Source: a virus
DNA: 64,000 nucleotides
Direction: 5' to 3' (one strand)
IMG/VR virus record: IMGVR_UViG_3300047509_000085
Coordinates: 5,620-69,619 of that record
Of the stretch, positions 1 to 9,820 are shown piece by piece. Positions within the stretch are counted from its first letter, which is position 1; every line of letters begins with the position of its first letter. The notes under the pieces are model-generated. The model ran no database searches. It had not been told where the DNA came from and saw nothing but the letters and a program-made list of their open reading frames with translations. A program made the translations under genes and the position numbers.

Positions 1-173
1 CGATCAGTGGTTGTCCGTCGAGTCGATCAAGCAGAACGCCTCTTAAACGTCCCGACGCGTTTGGTTTATAGGTCGGCTTCCCTGGCTCCAGTTTGACCGG
101 CGTTGATTCTGCACGGAGTTTGGCTGAAACGAGACTGTAATGTCTCAGCATGTCGCTGCCAAGATATGATCCA

Positions 174-362
174 TCACCCGTCATTGCTCGCGAGTTTCCC
201 GCGACCTGAGCACACGACGCAGGGACCAGGAAGGAACGGCTGCGCCTTCGGATCGGGATCAAGATTGGACACGAGTCCGCGTCCGGTGCCGTCGCAGTTC
301 CAGCACGAAACAAGCGGGGTTATGCTTGTCGTGTCGCCTATGATTTCAGGGTTTGACATCAA
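174..362 (-). CDS. small zinc-finger-like hypothetical protein
   Basis: CWNCDGTG...CVVCSGRG pair of CxxCxGxG motifs; last gene of the leftward operon. Confidence 0.45.
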   Translation of the reverse strand: MMSNPEIIGDTTSITPLVSCWNCDGTGRGLVSNLDPDPKAQPFLPGPCVVCSGRGKLASNDG

Positions 363-415
363 TGGGTTATACCAAATGTGACGGCTGGCGCATAACGCGC
401 GGTAAGCAATCTCGC

Positions 416-604
416 TCAGTCATTCAGTCGCTCCCACAGGTCGGAAACGGCCACGCGAGCGGCGGTCTCGGCGATCAAATACTCCCTTCCGGCCCACATC
501 CTCTCTCCTCGCGGTAGGGCGCTAACAGCCTCTGCTGCGGCCTCAATTCCGGCCTCGATGGCATCCTGTAGATCGTCTCGTCCTGGCTTCCGTAGCATTG
601 GCAT
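416..604 (-). CDS. hypothetical phage protein
   Basis: 62-aa ORF co-oriented with the leftward early operon. Confidence 0.45.
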   Translation of the reverse strand: MPMLRKPGRDDLQDAIEAGIEAAAEAVSALPRGERMWAGREYLIAETAARVAVSDLWERLND

Positions 605-633
605 TAGCGACGTTCCATCCTGTTACCAATGAA

Positions 634-1155
634 CTACCTGATTTTCGCTGGCTCACCCCCGGTGGCTGGTAATGGCGGAAGCGGCATCCAGAGTGTTGGC
701 GGCGGCGAGAGTTCCTGGAAGCCGCTGCCTGTCCAGTAGAACCACCCAGGACCGAACCGGGGTTGATCCTCCCCGCCACCGTGCGCGAAATGCACGATGA
801 GCACGCCCCTGCATCCGGCCCGATTGGGGACGTGCGCGATGATGTCCGTAGCATTGCGCGGGGCTGTCTCAATCGGCTGCCATGACTCGCTCATCCCGGC
901 CCCCTGCCCTATGGCGTTGCCCTGTCTACATCGGACCTCCTGGTTGTGAACGTCAACGGCCTGCGCCAGCAATTGAGCCGCCACGCGAGGATTGGCCGCT
1001 CTGTTGGCCATATCCGCTAGTTCAGCGGCCCGAGCGCAGCGGCAGGAATGATGTGTGCAGTGTTTCATTTGGTCGGCCACTCCATCAAACGGTCGTATTT
1101 GGACCCGCTTTTCTGCGTGTCGTATTAGGAATGATATGTTGTTGGAATCGCTCAA
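634..1155 (-). CDS. DUF551-like phage protein (domain begins about 894)
   Basis: WQPIETAP...PTLWMPLPPLP motifs typical of DUF551-like proteins; start uncertain. Confidence 0.6.
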   Translation of the reverse strand: MSDSNNISFLIRHAEKRVQIRPFDGVADQMKHCTHHSCRCARAAELADMANRAANPRVAAQLLAQAVDVHNQEVRCRQGNAIGQGAGMSESWQPIETAPRNATDIIAHVPNRAGCRGVLIVHFAHGGGEDQPRFGPGWFYWTGSGFQELSPPPTLWMPLPPLPATGGEPAKIR

Positions 1156-1170
1156 TTCCCATGTCTAAAC

Positions 1171-1356
1171 CTAAGGCGCGGTAAAACGCAGCTTCGACAG
1201 GCCGCTGAACCCCCCTGGCCCCTCGTATGAAAGGCGCAGCAATCCGGCCCGTATCAGAGCCTCATATTCCTCCGGCTTGCACATGCCCGTGTAGATGCCA
1301 TCGAAATTTCGAGCCTCGGCGATCATGCCTGGGGTCGGTTTTATGTCGTCATTCAT
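1171..1356 (-). CDS. hypothetical phage protein
   Basis: MNDDIKPTPG start after a GGAGG RBS. Confidence 0.45.
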   Translation of the reverse strand: MNDDIKPTPGMIAEARNFDGIYTGMCKPEEYEALIRAGLLRLSYEGPGGFSGLSKLRFTAP

Positions 1357-1708
1357 TGGTGTAATCCTCCATCGGACTGCCCCCTGGACTGACCGTAGGT
1401 AAAACGGCCGAAGGCGGAGCACGCCGAGGGCAGTCCTGGCGCTCGCATTCCTTGTTCGCTCCTGGCGGGCAGATGCAGCCGATCGGCACAAACATTGGAT
1501 ATGGCGGATATTGCAGCCATCCAGGGGGCAGAGGATTACTGGTGACCGACATTATGGCGCCTCGCATATCAGGCGTGGTAAAACGTTCTCTGACCCGGTA
1601 CCAACGGCTCGTATGAGCCCTGCAGGACCGAAGAAACCTGCGGGGCATAGGCTTTTCAGCAGCTTTTGCAAAGTCGCCAACTCCTGGTAACGGTCGTTTG
1701 CATGCACT

Positions 1709-2017
1709 TTATGCATCCGTGGAAACGAGGGATACCGCCCGGTAGTGCCCCGCCAACGCTTCGTCCCGCGTGGAATATCGCTCCTGATAGTCGTTGTGTT
1801 TGCCGGAAAAGATCATCGTCTCGTAGATCAGCGGCGGCCCTGATCCGAACGAGTGGTCGAGACCGAGGAACACCGTCGAGACCACGGCATCGCCAATCTC
1901 ATCGCGCGCCACGCGGCGGCGATCACCGCGAGCGTCCTGCATCCACTCGCCCCAGCGATACAGGTCCGGCTCCGGCACGGGATTGCCGTCGTCGTCGAGG
2001 ATGTATCGTTCGCTCAT
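1709..2017 (-). CDS. conserved hypothetical phage protein
   Basis: VSTVFLGLDHSFGSGPPLIYETMIF motif common in phage early regions; RBS GGAGG. Confidence 0.7.
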   Translation of the reverse strand: MSERYILDDDGNPVPEPDLYRWGEWMQDARGDRRRVARDEIGDAVVSTVFLGLDHSFGSGPPLIYETMIFSGKHNDYQERYSTRDEALAGHYRAVSLVSTDA

Positions 2018-2055
2018 CCCGGCCCCCTCCGCTCCGCAGCCGTTTCGCTCACGGC

Positions 2056-2313
2056 TCACGCCGCCCGCCCCATCGGTGCGCGTTCCGGCGGGTCCTCCTC
2101 CAGCCGCACCACGATCCGCACGTCCCCGCACCGGCTGATCGCCACGGCAGACCGGCTGCCGTCGCTGCGGGCGATGAACGCGCGGACGGCGTTGATCCCG
2201 GTCTCCAGGACCGCGGCGTCCATCTCCGCACGCCAAGCGGCGGTGTCGTCTGGCGGGTCGGGGTCGGCGAACGTGGGGATACGGCGGAGCATGGCGGGCC
2301 TCCCATCAAACAA
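2056..2313 (-). CDS. hypothetical phage protein
   Basis: overlaps the stop of the upstream gene in a tight operon. Confidence 0.45.
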   Translation of the reverse strand: MFDGRPAMLRRIPTFADPDPPDDTAAWRAEMDAAVLETGINAVRAFIARSDGSRSAVAISRCGDVRIVVRLEEDPPERAPMGRAA

Positions 2314-2671
2314 GGATTGCCGGCGGTCGAGGTAGTTCAGCGTCCACCAACCGCCACATATGAAGGCAGTTGGGATGGATGTTGATGTGATCCGTCACCG
2401 GGACATGGAACTGCACCCATGTTTCAGTCGGCTCGGCAAACATCTTCCTAACGTGCTCCATTTCCTGCCAGTTTGGCGTTCGGTTCTTGCGTGATACCGA
2501 CAGGTGCTCCCATGACGTTCCCTCGGCGCCCGACGCAATGACGCACAGCATGCCGCCGTCGATCGGTGATGGCAGAGCAAAGGCGCCGCAGGTTTCGTCG
2601 CCGTCCCAACCGTAGTACTTCACGGCATCGCCGCGCATGCGGTAGCGGTCGAGGGCCGTCAAATCACGCAT
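2306..2671 (-). CDS. conserved phage protein (WEHLSVS...RTPNWQEM...HINIHPNCLHMW family)
   Basis: recognisable conserved motif set. Confidence 0.7.
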   Translation of the reverse strand: MRDLTALDRYRMRGDAVKYYGWDGDETCGAFALPSPIDGGMLCVIASGAEGTSWEHLSVSRKNRTPNWQEMEHVRKMFAEPTETWVQFHVPVTDHINIHPNCLHMWRLVDAELPRPPAILV

Positions 2672-2675
2672 CTGG

Positions 2676-2921
2676 TCAGTTCTTGGCGCGATCTGTTACA
2701 TGCACGATGGTCTCCGGCCCGATGCCGTGCTTGATCTGGTCGTGCAGGTGCTCCTCCGTCTTGCCGCTGATGATCATCACGTCGAGCGGCAGACCAAGCT
2801 CCTCCGCCCTGATGCGGATGTAGGTATCGCCGGGTTTAGCCAGGAACTTTTCGAGGTTTCTGAACGACAGACCGATCAGCAGCATCTGCTTGCCTTCGGC
2901 CTTGATGATGGCTTTGATCAT
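2676..2921 (-). CDS. hypothetical phage protein
   Basis: MIKAIIKAEGKQ start overlapping the upstream stop (ATGA). Confidence 0.6.
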   Translation of the reverse strand: MIKAIIKAEGKQMLLIGLSFRNLEKFLAKPGDTYIRIRAEELGLPLDVMIISGKTEEHLHDQIKHGIGPETIVHVTDRAKN

Positions 2922-3169
2922 GGCGATGCGCCTTCCTGTTGCTGCGGCATTTCCCGCACGACCAGCCTGCCGCGCCGCGTCTCCAGCACCACACCGGCAT
3001 CGGCCATAGCGCCCCGTAGGTGCCGATGCGCGGCGGCGCGGTTGCAGCCCAGCGCAGGCGCCAGCGAGGGCGCGGAGGGCAGCACAGCCCCAACGTCGAG
3101 CGGCGGCAGCAGCGTGCGGACCACGGCGCGGACCTCGCGCGAGCGGGCGTGGTTCGGGTTTACTCCCAT
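2918..3169 (-). CDS. hypothetical protein, possible winged-HTH
   Basis: LPSAPSLAPALGCNRAAAHRHL resembles an HTH; operon packing. Confidence 0.45.
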   Translation of the reverse strand: MGVNPNHARSREVRAVVRTLLPPLDVGAVLPSAPSLAPALGCNRAAAHRHLRGAMADAGVVLETRRGRLVVREMPQQQEGASP

Positions 3170-3438
3170 GGTTCTTTCGGGAGGTTCGGGAAAGCGCCGC
3201 GGAACCTGTCGCGCATCGCCAGAACGTCATCCTCCAGCACAGGCAATTCCGGTAACGCCCCTAAGATACGGGCATCGCCTGGGATCGCCTGGGCGCAGAT
3301 GCGCAACGCATCGGCGTGGGAGTAGCGGCCGGCCCGCGATATCTCGCGGACATAGCCAGCCTCGCCCGGCCCCCACCATGCACGGTGCTCGTGCGACCAG
3401 ATCAGGTAAATCGGATTAGACACCGGCATACTGCTCAC
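3160..3438 (-). CDS. hypothetical phage protein
   Basis: YLIWSHEHRAWW...AGRY motif; operon packing. Confidence 0.6.
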   Translation of the reverse strand: MSSMPVSNPIYLIWSHEHRAWWGPGEAGYVREISRAGRYSHADALRICAQAIPGDARILGALPELPVLEDDVLAMRDRFRGAFPNLPKEPWE

Positions 3439-4330
3439 CCGCGATGCGCGGGCCGCCGTCCGGGTGGTCGCCGGCGCCGGGGTCGTTCAGGGGGTCGTTC
3501 TCGATCGGCGCGTCAGTCACCACGAACCGCGCGTAACCCTCTGCGAGTATGGCAGTGATGTCGCGCTTGATGACATCGGGCGTCGACGGGTCTGCCAGCG
3601 CATCAGCAACGGTGGGTCGGCGGGCGATCTCCTCGACTTCGGCCTGGGTGTGAACGACCCTGACGGCAGCCCCGAGCTTTGCCGTCCACACGTCCCACTG
3701 CTCCTTCGTGCGCGTCGCCGGGTGGCCGTTGCCGTTGGTCGGTTCCGATCTGCGCGGCGCGCGTTGGACGGATGCGGCGACGGCAGGACGGAACCCTTCG
3801 CCGTCGTCGTCATCGTCGGCCAGTACGGCATTCCAACACATGCCAAGAAGATAGCGGCGCAAGTAGGTGATTGTGCTGCCAATGGCTTGCACCGGGGTTA
3901 TCGCCATCCTGCCGCCCTGCGATCCTGTCGTGCTCACTGGCGCGTCGAGGTAGTTTTCCTCGAAATATCCAGCATCGTGCGCGACGGTGCAGGTGATCCG
4001 CATCCAACCCTCATGTGGACTTGGCGACGATCCATAGCGGACGCTAAAACCATGACCTGTGTAGATTGGACGAATTGCCGCATCTATCGTCTCAAGTTTG
4101 GCGTACTTGTTGTTTAGATGGCTGTTCTTGGCGTCCCGAACGATTGGCAACATTTCAGCCTGCGCTGCTGCCATCGCGCGATTGAAAGCCTTGCGCGCCT
4201 GGTCGTGCTCAACCTCACGCTGCATGCGAAGAAGCTCACCGAACTTCTGAACGTCGAAGTCGGGATTTATGGCGGCCCGCTCTATGAATGATACCAGTGG
4301 GCTGTTGGGCGCGGTTACGACTTCACTCAT
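3416..4330 (-). CDS. erf: ERF-family single-strand annealing protein
   Basis: KYAKLETID...QAIGSTITYLRRYLL...DDDDG ERF signature. Confidence 0.9.
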   Translation of the reverse strand: MSEVVTAPNSPLVSFIERAAINPDFDVQKFGELLRMQREVEHDQARKAFNRAMAAAQAEMLPIVRDAKNSHLNNKYAKLETIDAAIRPIYTGHGFSVRYGSSPSPHEGWMRITCTVAHDAGYFEENYLDAPVSTTGSQGGRMAITPVQAIGSTITYLRRYLLGMCWNAVLADDDDDGEGFRPAVAASVQRAPRRSEPTNGNGHPATRTKEQWDVWTAKLGAAVRVVHTQAEVEEIARRPTVADALADPSTPDVIKRDITAILAEGYARFVVTDAPIENDPLNDPGAGDHPDGGPRIAGEQYAGV

Positions 4331-4341
4331 TGTCTCAACTC

Positions 4342-4866
4342 CTAGCGTGTCCTGATACTGATGCCGGTCGAGGCATTGCCGAGTTGCGCGCCCTCGACAT
4401 CGCCGCCGGACGCCAGTTCCTTCCTAATCTCGGCTTTCATCGGCTCGCGTTTGGTTCTGAACCATTCCTCGCCGAGCGCTGCTTCATCCAAGATCAGAGG
4501 CGCGGGTATTTGCCGCAGGCTGGCGGTGTAGGCTGGGCGCTCCAGCTTGCGCATGTTCACGGCTTCAAGAACCGATTGAACGATGGCGCGCATTGAATCA
4601 CTGCGGCGCTTGAAGCGCGCTTGCCGTTCGGCAAGTTCCATCTTCCTTGCTTCAGCGGCGCGGGCCATGTTTTCGGTGTGAATAGACGCCTCAACAAGAC
4701 GGTCGATGATGTCGAATGCGTCTACCGTCTCACCTTCAAGCATGTCGGCAAGTAGCTGAGCGTCATCATCAATCGTCGGGTCTATGGCACGCAACCGTTC
4801 GCGCGCTTCCACCAACGCCGTCATGGCGTTCTGCATGGCCCAACCGGAAGGCGCTCCATTAGCCAT
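4342..4866 (-). CDS. siphovirus gp157-like protein
   Basis: coiled-coil then KAEIRKELASGGDVEGAQLG...ISIRTR; adjacent to erf. Confidence 0.8.
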   Translation of the reverse strand: MANGAPSGWAMQNAMTALVEARERLRAIDPTIDDDAQLLADMLEGETVDAFDIIDRLVEASIHTENMARAAEARKMELAERQARFKRRSDSMRAIVQSVLEAVNMRKLERPAYTASLRQIPAPLILDEAALGEEWFRTKREPMKAEIRKELASGGDVEGAQLGNASTGISIRTR

Positions 4867-6141
4867 GTGCCGGCTCCCGCGCGCTCGCCACCAAAGTCGC
4901 AGCTTCGAGCCTCGCGGCCATCCGCGCGTCGTCGTCGAGGATTTGCGCGAGCAACCGCAGGCGCGTCGCCATGGCGCGTGCGCGACGGTCGCCATTGAAA
5001 GCTGAGAGCTCGGTGGCGGCGATCTCCCGCAAGTGCGCCGCGGTGTTGGCGATGGCCGCCGCTATCATGACGCGGGCCCGTCGCTATCGATCAGCCACAC
5101 CACGTCGCCGTAGTCCTCGCCGGTATCATTGGCGACCATAGCCATCAGGCGCTCGGTCGAGATGTCCGGCTCGGCGTCCTCAATACGCTCCCACGCCTCG
5201 CGCACGCGGCGCTTGCGGTCGGCCATGTGGACGACATCGCGGCTGCGGCGGCGCGTCATGGCGCGTCCACCGCGCGCAGCGGATCGGGCAGCGGTCCCTG
5301 GCCGTCCGGCTTCAGGATGCCGCGCACGTCGTCTATCGCCTGCATGTTCCCTTTGCGGCGCTTTGCAACGCGCGAGCGGCCATCGCGCAGTTCGGCGAGC
5401 AGTTCCTGGTAGGCCGAGCGCCGCGCCTCCAGTACGAGTATGTCCGCGGCGAGCTTGTCTACGCGCTCCGTCAGCAGTTCGATCATCGGGTCAGTCGCGT
5501 CACTCATCGGTCGCGCCCCCTCTTTACGTTGTATGCCTCGAACAGCGCATCCTCGATCGCATCGGCGATCAAGCGGCGCGACTTCGGGAATATCGGCCGA
5601 GACGGCGCCTGCGGCCCCTCCGCGAACCGCCCGGCGCAACTCGTGCAGAGCGGGATTCGGTCGTAGTACTCGGCCTCGTCGGCCTTGCAGTAGACACACG
5701 ACGGCATCAGTCCCTCCTTGCCGAACCGCGGAACATCGTCGCCAGCAGCCGCAGCGCGGCTGGCGCATCCATCCATGGCGCCGCTTTTTCCAAATCGGCC
5801 GCCATCGCGTCGGCCTGATCGGCGCATAGCGCGAACGCATCGCGCGCAGCTCGTTTGAGCATCGCTAACGCGACCGCCTGCCGGTCGTCGGTTGCTAGAT
5901 CGCCCATCTATGCCGCCCTCCGTTGCCGCGCCTTGCTCGCTGCGACCGCGGCGCGGAATGCCGCAGCTTCCGGGATTAGGTGCCGCACTTTGAATTCCCG
6001 GATGCAGGCCAGGGCGTGACCGCGCCACCAACGACGCTCCGCCCCATGCGCGTCGCGATACTCGGCGATGGCCGCCAGCGCGTCCGCCAGTCGCTTGTCC
6101 CGCAGGATGCGCTGATGGTCGAGAACGTAGGGGCGGGTCAT
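4859..6141 (-). other. run of six small leftward early ORFs (4859-5068, 5065-5259, 5256-5507, 5504-5707, 5707-5907, 5908-6141)
   Basis: abutting or overlapping starts and stops; no function recognisable. Confidence 0.55.
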
Positions 6142-6755
6142 GGCGCGCTGTCCGTGGCTTTTTTAATTTGCCACCACTTGGTCATGGCCAGAGATTTCTT
6201 GGCTAGAGTTTCGGGGCTGTGCTTTCTTCCTTTGCCGTATGTTAGAGGCCCTGCTTCAAGTTTTAGCTTATTCTTAAACTTGCGGTCGGCTCGCTTTAGA
6301 CAGATACGGCAAATACGCCCCCCATCTGATGGCCGTATGAAGAAGTTGTCTCCAGAAAAAGGATGTCCGTTGTCACAGTGGGTTTTGCGCGCCTGTCGCG
6401 CTGCGAAACTCTCGCCACGCAGGACGTTTACTTTAAGGGTGACGGCCTCAAGATGGTCTGGATTAACGCAGCATCTCACGCGGCAAAGGTGATCGATGGT
6501 GAGACCGGACGGAATTCCCCCCTTAAAGGCAATATAGGATAGTCGGTGGGCTAATGTTGTGTGCCTCTTGAAGGTCGATCTACCGTAGCCGTCTCGGTCA
6601 ATGCGGGGTTCCCAGAGCCAGCAACCCGACCATGGAACGGGAATAACCCGCGCAAAAATTCTCTCTTGCATGGGAAGCGATCGCTCGGCCTTTAAGCTGT
6701 TCCGCCGCGCGCTCACAGTGCCCGCCCGGCGCCGCCGCAGATCGAGCAGCGCCAC
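6138..6755 (-). CDS. HNH homing endonuclease
   Basis: SGCWLW...AHRLSY...IDHLCRVRCCVNPDHLE, then HCDNGH zinc finger; lower GC. Confidence 0.9.
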   Translation of the reverse strand: MALLDLRRRRAGTVSARRNSLKAERSLPMQERIFARVIPVPWSGCWLWEPRIDRDGYGRSTFKRHTTLAHRLSYIAFKGGIPSGLTIDHLCRVRCCVNPDHLEAVTLKVNVLRGESFAARQARKTHCDNGHPFSGDNFFIRPSDGGRICRICLKRADRKFKNKLKLEAGPLTYGKGRKHSPETLAKKSLAMTKWWQIKKATDSAP

Positions 6756-6852
6756 ATCTCAGGCCAGTGGAAGTGCCGGCCGGTCCCGTCGCACGCGCCA
6801 CACCGCAGATCGGCCGCAAGTTGCGCGCCTTCGGCCGCGAGGCGGTCGTTGA

Positions 6853-7065
6853 TTACGGGCGCGTCCTGGGCGGGCGGCTTGCCGGACGCTTGGCCGCGAT
6901 CAGCGCCGGCTCGATCAGCGCCAGCAGCGCCTCGACCTCGATCCGCATCATCCGCGGTATCCGCCGCTGCGGCTCGACCATCACCCGTAGCCGCCGGGTC
7001 GTCTCTTCCAGCACTGCAATGAGTTCCGTCCAGGTCATCAGGGCCATCTCCCGCCATTGTATCAC
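6853..7065 (-). CDS. hypothetical protein, first gene of the leftward operon
   Basis: MALMTWTELI after a GGGAG RBS. Confidence 0.45.
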   Translation of the reverse strand: MIQWREMALMTWTELIAVLEETTRRLRVMVEPQRRIPRMMRIEVEALLALIEPALIAAKRPASRPPRTRP

Positions 7066-7411
7066 AAACCCGTGTTAATGGGGCGGATAAGCTGGTAGAT
7101 CGTTCCGGTTGTATGCGTGATTCGGAGCTATGTGTTTGATGGAACGAGCCTGTAACGCACAGAAGACGCAGAATTAACGGTTTTGCGTGTAATTGCAGCG
7201 GCGTTACACTTGCATCAGCCGACTTCGGAGGCGCCCACCCCCTCACGGCCGGCTCAGCCGTTCGTGCCGGTGCCGTGCCTTCGGACGAAGCCGAGGCTAA
7301 CGCAGTCGCCGATGCCGATGCTTCCGCCGGACAGACTGGGAATCCAGCAGTATGGGGAGACTTGCTATGGCAGGACTGCGGCATGTTGGCCCCCGTGGAA
7401 TACGGGGTATT

Positions 7412-7452
7412 GTTAAGCCGGACTATACGTAGCCGTCAAGTGTCTCTGGACG
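7412..7452. promoter_or_regulatory. OL-like repressor operators
   Basis: GTCAAGTGTCTCTGGACG (7435-7452) is the exact reverse complement of 7869-7886; weaker copy at 7412-7428. Confidence 0.7.
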
Positions 7453-7506
7453 AGAAATTGGTCCGCTTGACAAAAATAATGCGCGAGATCGCAAAAGCCA
7501 GCGCAA

Positions 7507-7845
7507 TCAATCGTCGGAGTCGGACCCGTCCCGCATCACCAGAAGAAGTCGCAAATAGGCTTCTTGCTGTTGCTCGTTCATTGAGCCGAATAGCTCGTGA
7601 AGCAAAATCTGCTGCTTGTCACGGATCGTCACCTCTCCGGCGGTTGCCGAGGGAGGCAGCAACTCAGTAATCGGCAACTCCAGGGCTTCGCTTAGCTTGA
7701 TCCGGTTCGCGACGGTAATGTTGGTGACGTGGCCATTTTCCCACTGATGAACCGCGCTCCGAGACACCCCGATCAGCCTGCCCAGGGCTTCCAGAGACAG
7801 GCCGCGGAATAGCCTAGCCCGCCTGATTTTAGCGCCTACTTCCAT
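7507..7845 (-). CDS. CI-like XRE/HTH phage repressor
   Basis: IRRARLFRGLSLEALGRLIGVSRSAVHQWENG HTH; divergent from the cro-like gene. Confidence 0.85.
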   Translation of the reverse strand: MEVGAKIRRARLFRGLSLEALGRLIGVSRSAVHQWENGHVTNITVANRIKLSEALELPITELLPPSATAGEVTIRDKQQILLHELFGSMNEQQQEAYLRLLLVMRDGSDSDD

Positions 7846-7868
7846 AGGCTTAATGGTAGCCCGTATCA

Positions 7869-7910
7869 CGTCCAGAGACACTTGACAAGTCGTGTCCAGC
7901 ATTGCTTTAC
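7869..7910. promoter_or_regulatory. OR-like operators and PR promoter
   Basis: GTCCAG-N5-CTTGAC (7870-7886) and GTCCAG-N5-CTTTAC (7894-7910); TTGACA at 7882-7887. Confidence 0.7.
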
Positions 7911-7918
7911 TGTCCTCC

Positions 7919-8143
7919 ATGGACGATCCAGGCATGTCACTCCTCAAGGGCGAAAGAGGGCGTATTCCCCGATTGGCGAAAGCTCTGGGCCTGACGCGCT
8001 CGGCCGTTCATCAGTGGGACCGAGTGCCGGCGGAGAGGGTGGTTGAGGTATCGCGGATCACCGGCATAAAGCGTGCGGACCTTCGGCCAGACCTGTATGC
8101 CGACGAACCAGAGCCGTGCCCCATGTCAGCGGCGGCGGCGTAG
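7919..8143 (+). CDS. Cro/YdaS-like regulator
   Basis: LAKALGLTRSAVHQW...RADLRPDLY signature. Confidence 0.85.
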   Translation: MDDPGMSLLKGERGRIPRLAKALGLTRSAVHQWDRVPAERVVEVSRITGIKRADLRPDLYADEPEPCPMSAAAA

Positions 8144-8145
8144 CT

Positions 8146-8664
8146 GTGCCGGTCTATATCGCGAGATTCGGCCTCGTCGGACCATGTAAGATTGGCTGCA
8201 CGTTCGATGTTGCGAGGCGGCTCGAAAATCTCGGCGCAAAGCTCTGGGATGATATCTATTTGCTGCGGCTGTTCGATGGCGGACGCGCTGACGAAGCAAG
8301 GCTGCATCGCCGCTTTATTCACCAACGCATCAAGCATGAGTGGTTCCATTATCACCCCGACATGATGGGTGATCTCGGATTGCCGGAGATCACCCGGCAG
8401 TTGGGGTTAGTGTTAAGCACGCTCGAACCCAGATTGCGCATCCATGCGCCGGAACGCGCCCTGGTCTCAGACCCGCTCCGTGCGTGGATGATACGTAACG
8501 ATTTGCGCGAGGACGAATTGGCGCCGCTTGTCGGGTGCTCGCGTGGCACGGTGAGCGATTGGCTCCGGTGCGGGCACCAGCCGCAATACAAGTTCCAGGA
8601 GAAACTGCGCGAGTTGAGTGAGGGCGAGTTATTCCCGAACGCCTCCCCTGAGGCCGCCGCCTGA
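8146..8664 (+). CDS. GIY-YIG/T5orf172-like nuclease domain fused to a C-terminal HTH
   Basis: VYIAR...KIGCTFDVARRL...EARLHRRF...EWF, then LAPLVGCSRGTVSDW; start uncertain. Confidence 0.65.
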   Translation: MPVYIARFGLVGPCKIGCTFDVARRLENLGAKLWDDIYLLRLFDGGRADEARLHRRFIHQRIKHEWFHYHPDMMGDLGLPEITRQLGLVLSTLEPRLRIHAPERALVSDPLRAWMIRNDLREDELAPLVGCSRGTVSDWLRCGHQPQYKFQEKLRELSEGELFPNASPEAAA

Positions 8665-9431
8665 TGACCGTGGCGCGCGAGGTGCAGATCGGGGACTGCC
8701 GGCTGATCCTGGCCGACTGCCGCGACGTGCTGCCGAGCCTGACGGGCGTCGATGCGGTCGTGACCGATCCGCCGTATGGTGCTGGCTTTGACACCGACAG
8801 TCGGCGCTTTTCCGGCAAGAACCTCGAAAAGCCGCGCGGACAAGGACGCTCTGACCGGCTGATTGCGGGCGATGACACACAGTTCGATCCGCTGCCATGG
8901 TTGCGGTTCCCGCGCGTCATCATGTGGGGCGCCAACTTCTATGCGGCGCGTCTGCCACTCGGTTCCACGCTCGTCTGGCTGAAGAAGTATGCCGAGCACT
9001 ACGGCACGTTTCTGTCGGATGCCGAGATCGGATGGCAGAAGGGTGGTTGTGGCGTCTATGCGTTCCACGCGCCTGACAGCAACGGTCGGCGACGGATGGA
9101 ACTGAGCGGCGATCCGTTCGGCGAGGAAACCGCGCATCCAACACAAAAGCCTCTGGCGCTGATGTCGTGGTGCATTGAACGTCTTGGGCTTTCCACCTGC
9201 AGCACGATCCTGGATCCCTACATGGGCAGCGGCAGCACAGGCGTTGCCGCCATCCAGCGCGGTCATCCGTTCGTTGGGATCGAGTGCGAGCCGCTGTACT
9301 TCGAGACCGCTGTTCGCAGGATCGAGCAGGCTGCGCGTCAGGCCGATCTGTTCCACGGCCCCGCTCACGCGCCGGCCCCGCGCGCCGAGACGCTGGATAT
9401 GTTCCCCGACATGGCGGCCACGGTGAGGTGA
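8664..9431 (+). CDS. DNA N6-A/N4-C methyltransferase
   Basis: DPPY catalytic motif, HPTQKP, DPYMGSGSTG SAM-binding motif. Confidence 0.9.
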   Translation: MTVAREVQIGDCRLILADCRDVLPSLTGVDAVVTDPPYGAGFDTDSRRFSGKNLEKPRGQGRSDRLIAGDDTQFDPLPWLRFPRVIMWGANFYAARLPLGSTLVWLKKYAEHYGTFLSDAEIGWQKGGCGVYAFHAPDSNGRRRMELSGDPFGEETAHPTQKPLALMSWCIERLGLSTCSTILDPYMGSGSTGVAAIQRGHPFVGIECEPLYFETAVRRIEQAARQADLFHGPAHAPAPRAETLDMFPDMAATVR

Positions 9432-9820
9432 AGCAGCGCCAGGTAAGGCCGCGTGCTGGAGAGCCGGTGGGGACCGGCGGTGGCGGGACTGCGACCCTTG
9501 ATGCCGAGCCTTGGGAAATCTGCACCATCGGATCGTGCCAGCGGCATCAAGCGTGCATGTATCGTCCGTGTCGCAACCCCACGGCGCGCAAGTCCGTAGA
9601 ACCACGTATTGCGGCTGACGATGCGCGCGACTGTACTGTGGTGAGCCATAGCGCGGTCCCTATCCGTGCGACGGTCCGGTCGCGTTCCGGGGCACAAACC
9701 CGGGCGCGGCCTCCGGCCAAGCATGGCCCGATCATGCCAGATTCGCAAGCACAGCCCGCGGCGGACGAGCCGCCATGGGATGGCCGGGGCTTTCCTCCGC
9801 CTTGGGCGTGGTGGCCGTAA
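9428..9820 (+). CDS. hypothetical protein
   Basis: GTG start overlapping the upstream stop; Cys cluster. Confidence 0.4.
   Translation: MKQRQVRPRAGEPVGTGGGGTATLDAEPWEICTIGSCQRHQACMYRPCRNPTARKSVEPRIAADDARDCTVVSHSAVPIRATVRSRSGAQTRARPPAKHGPIMPDSQAQPAADEPPWDGRGFPPPWAWWP

Noticed and set aside
1-170. Possible attachment site or host junction
   Set aside because: No integrase, tRNA or repeated core visible in the window
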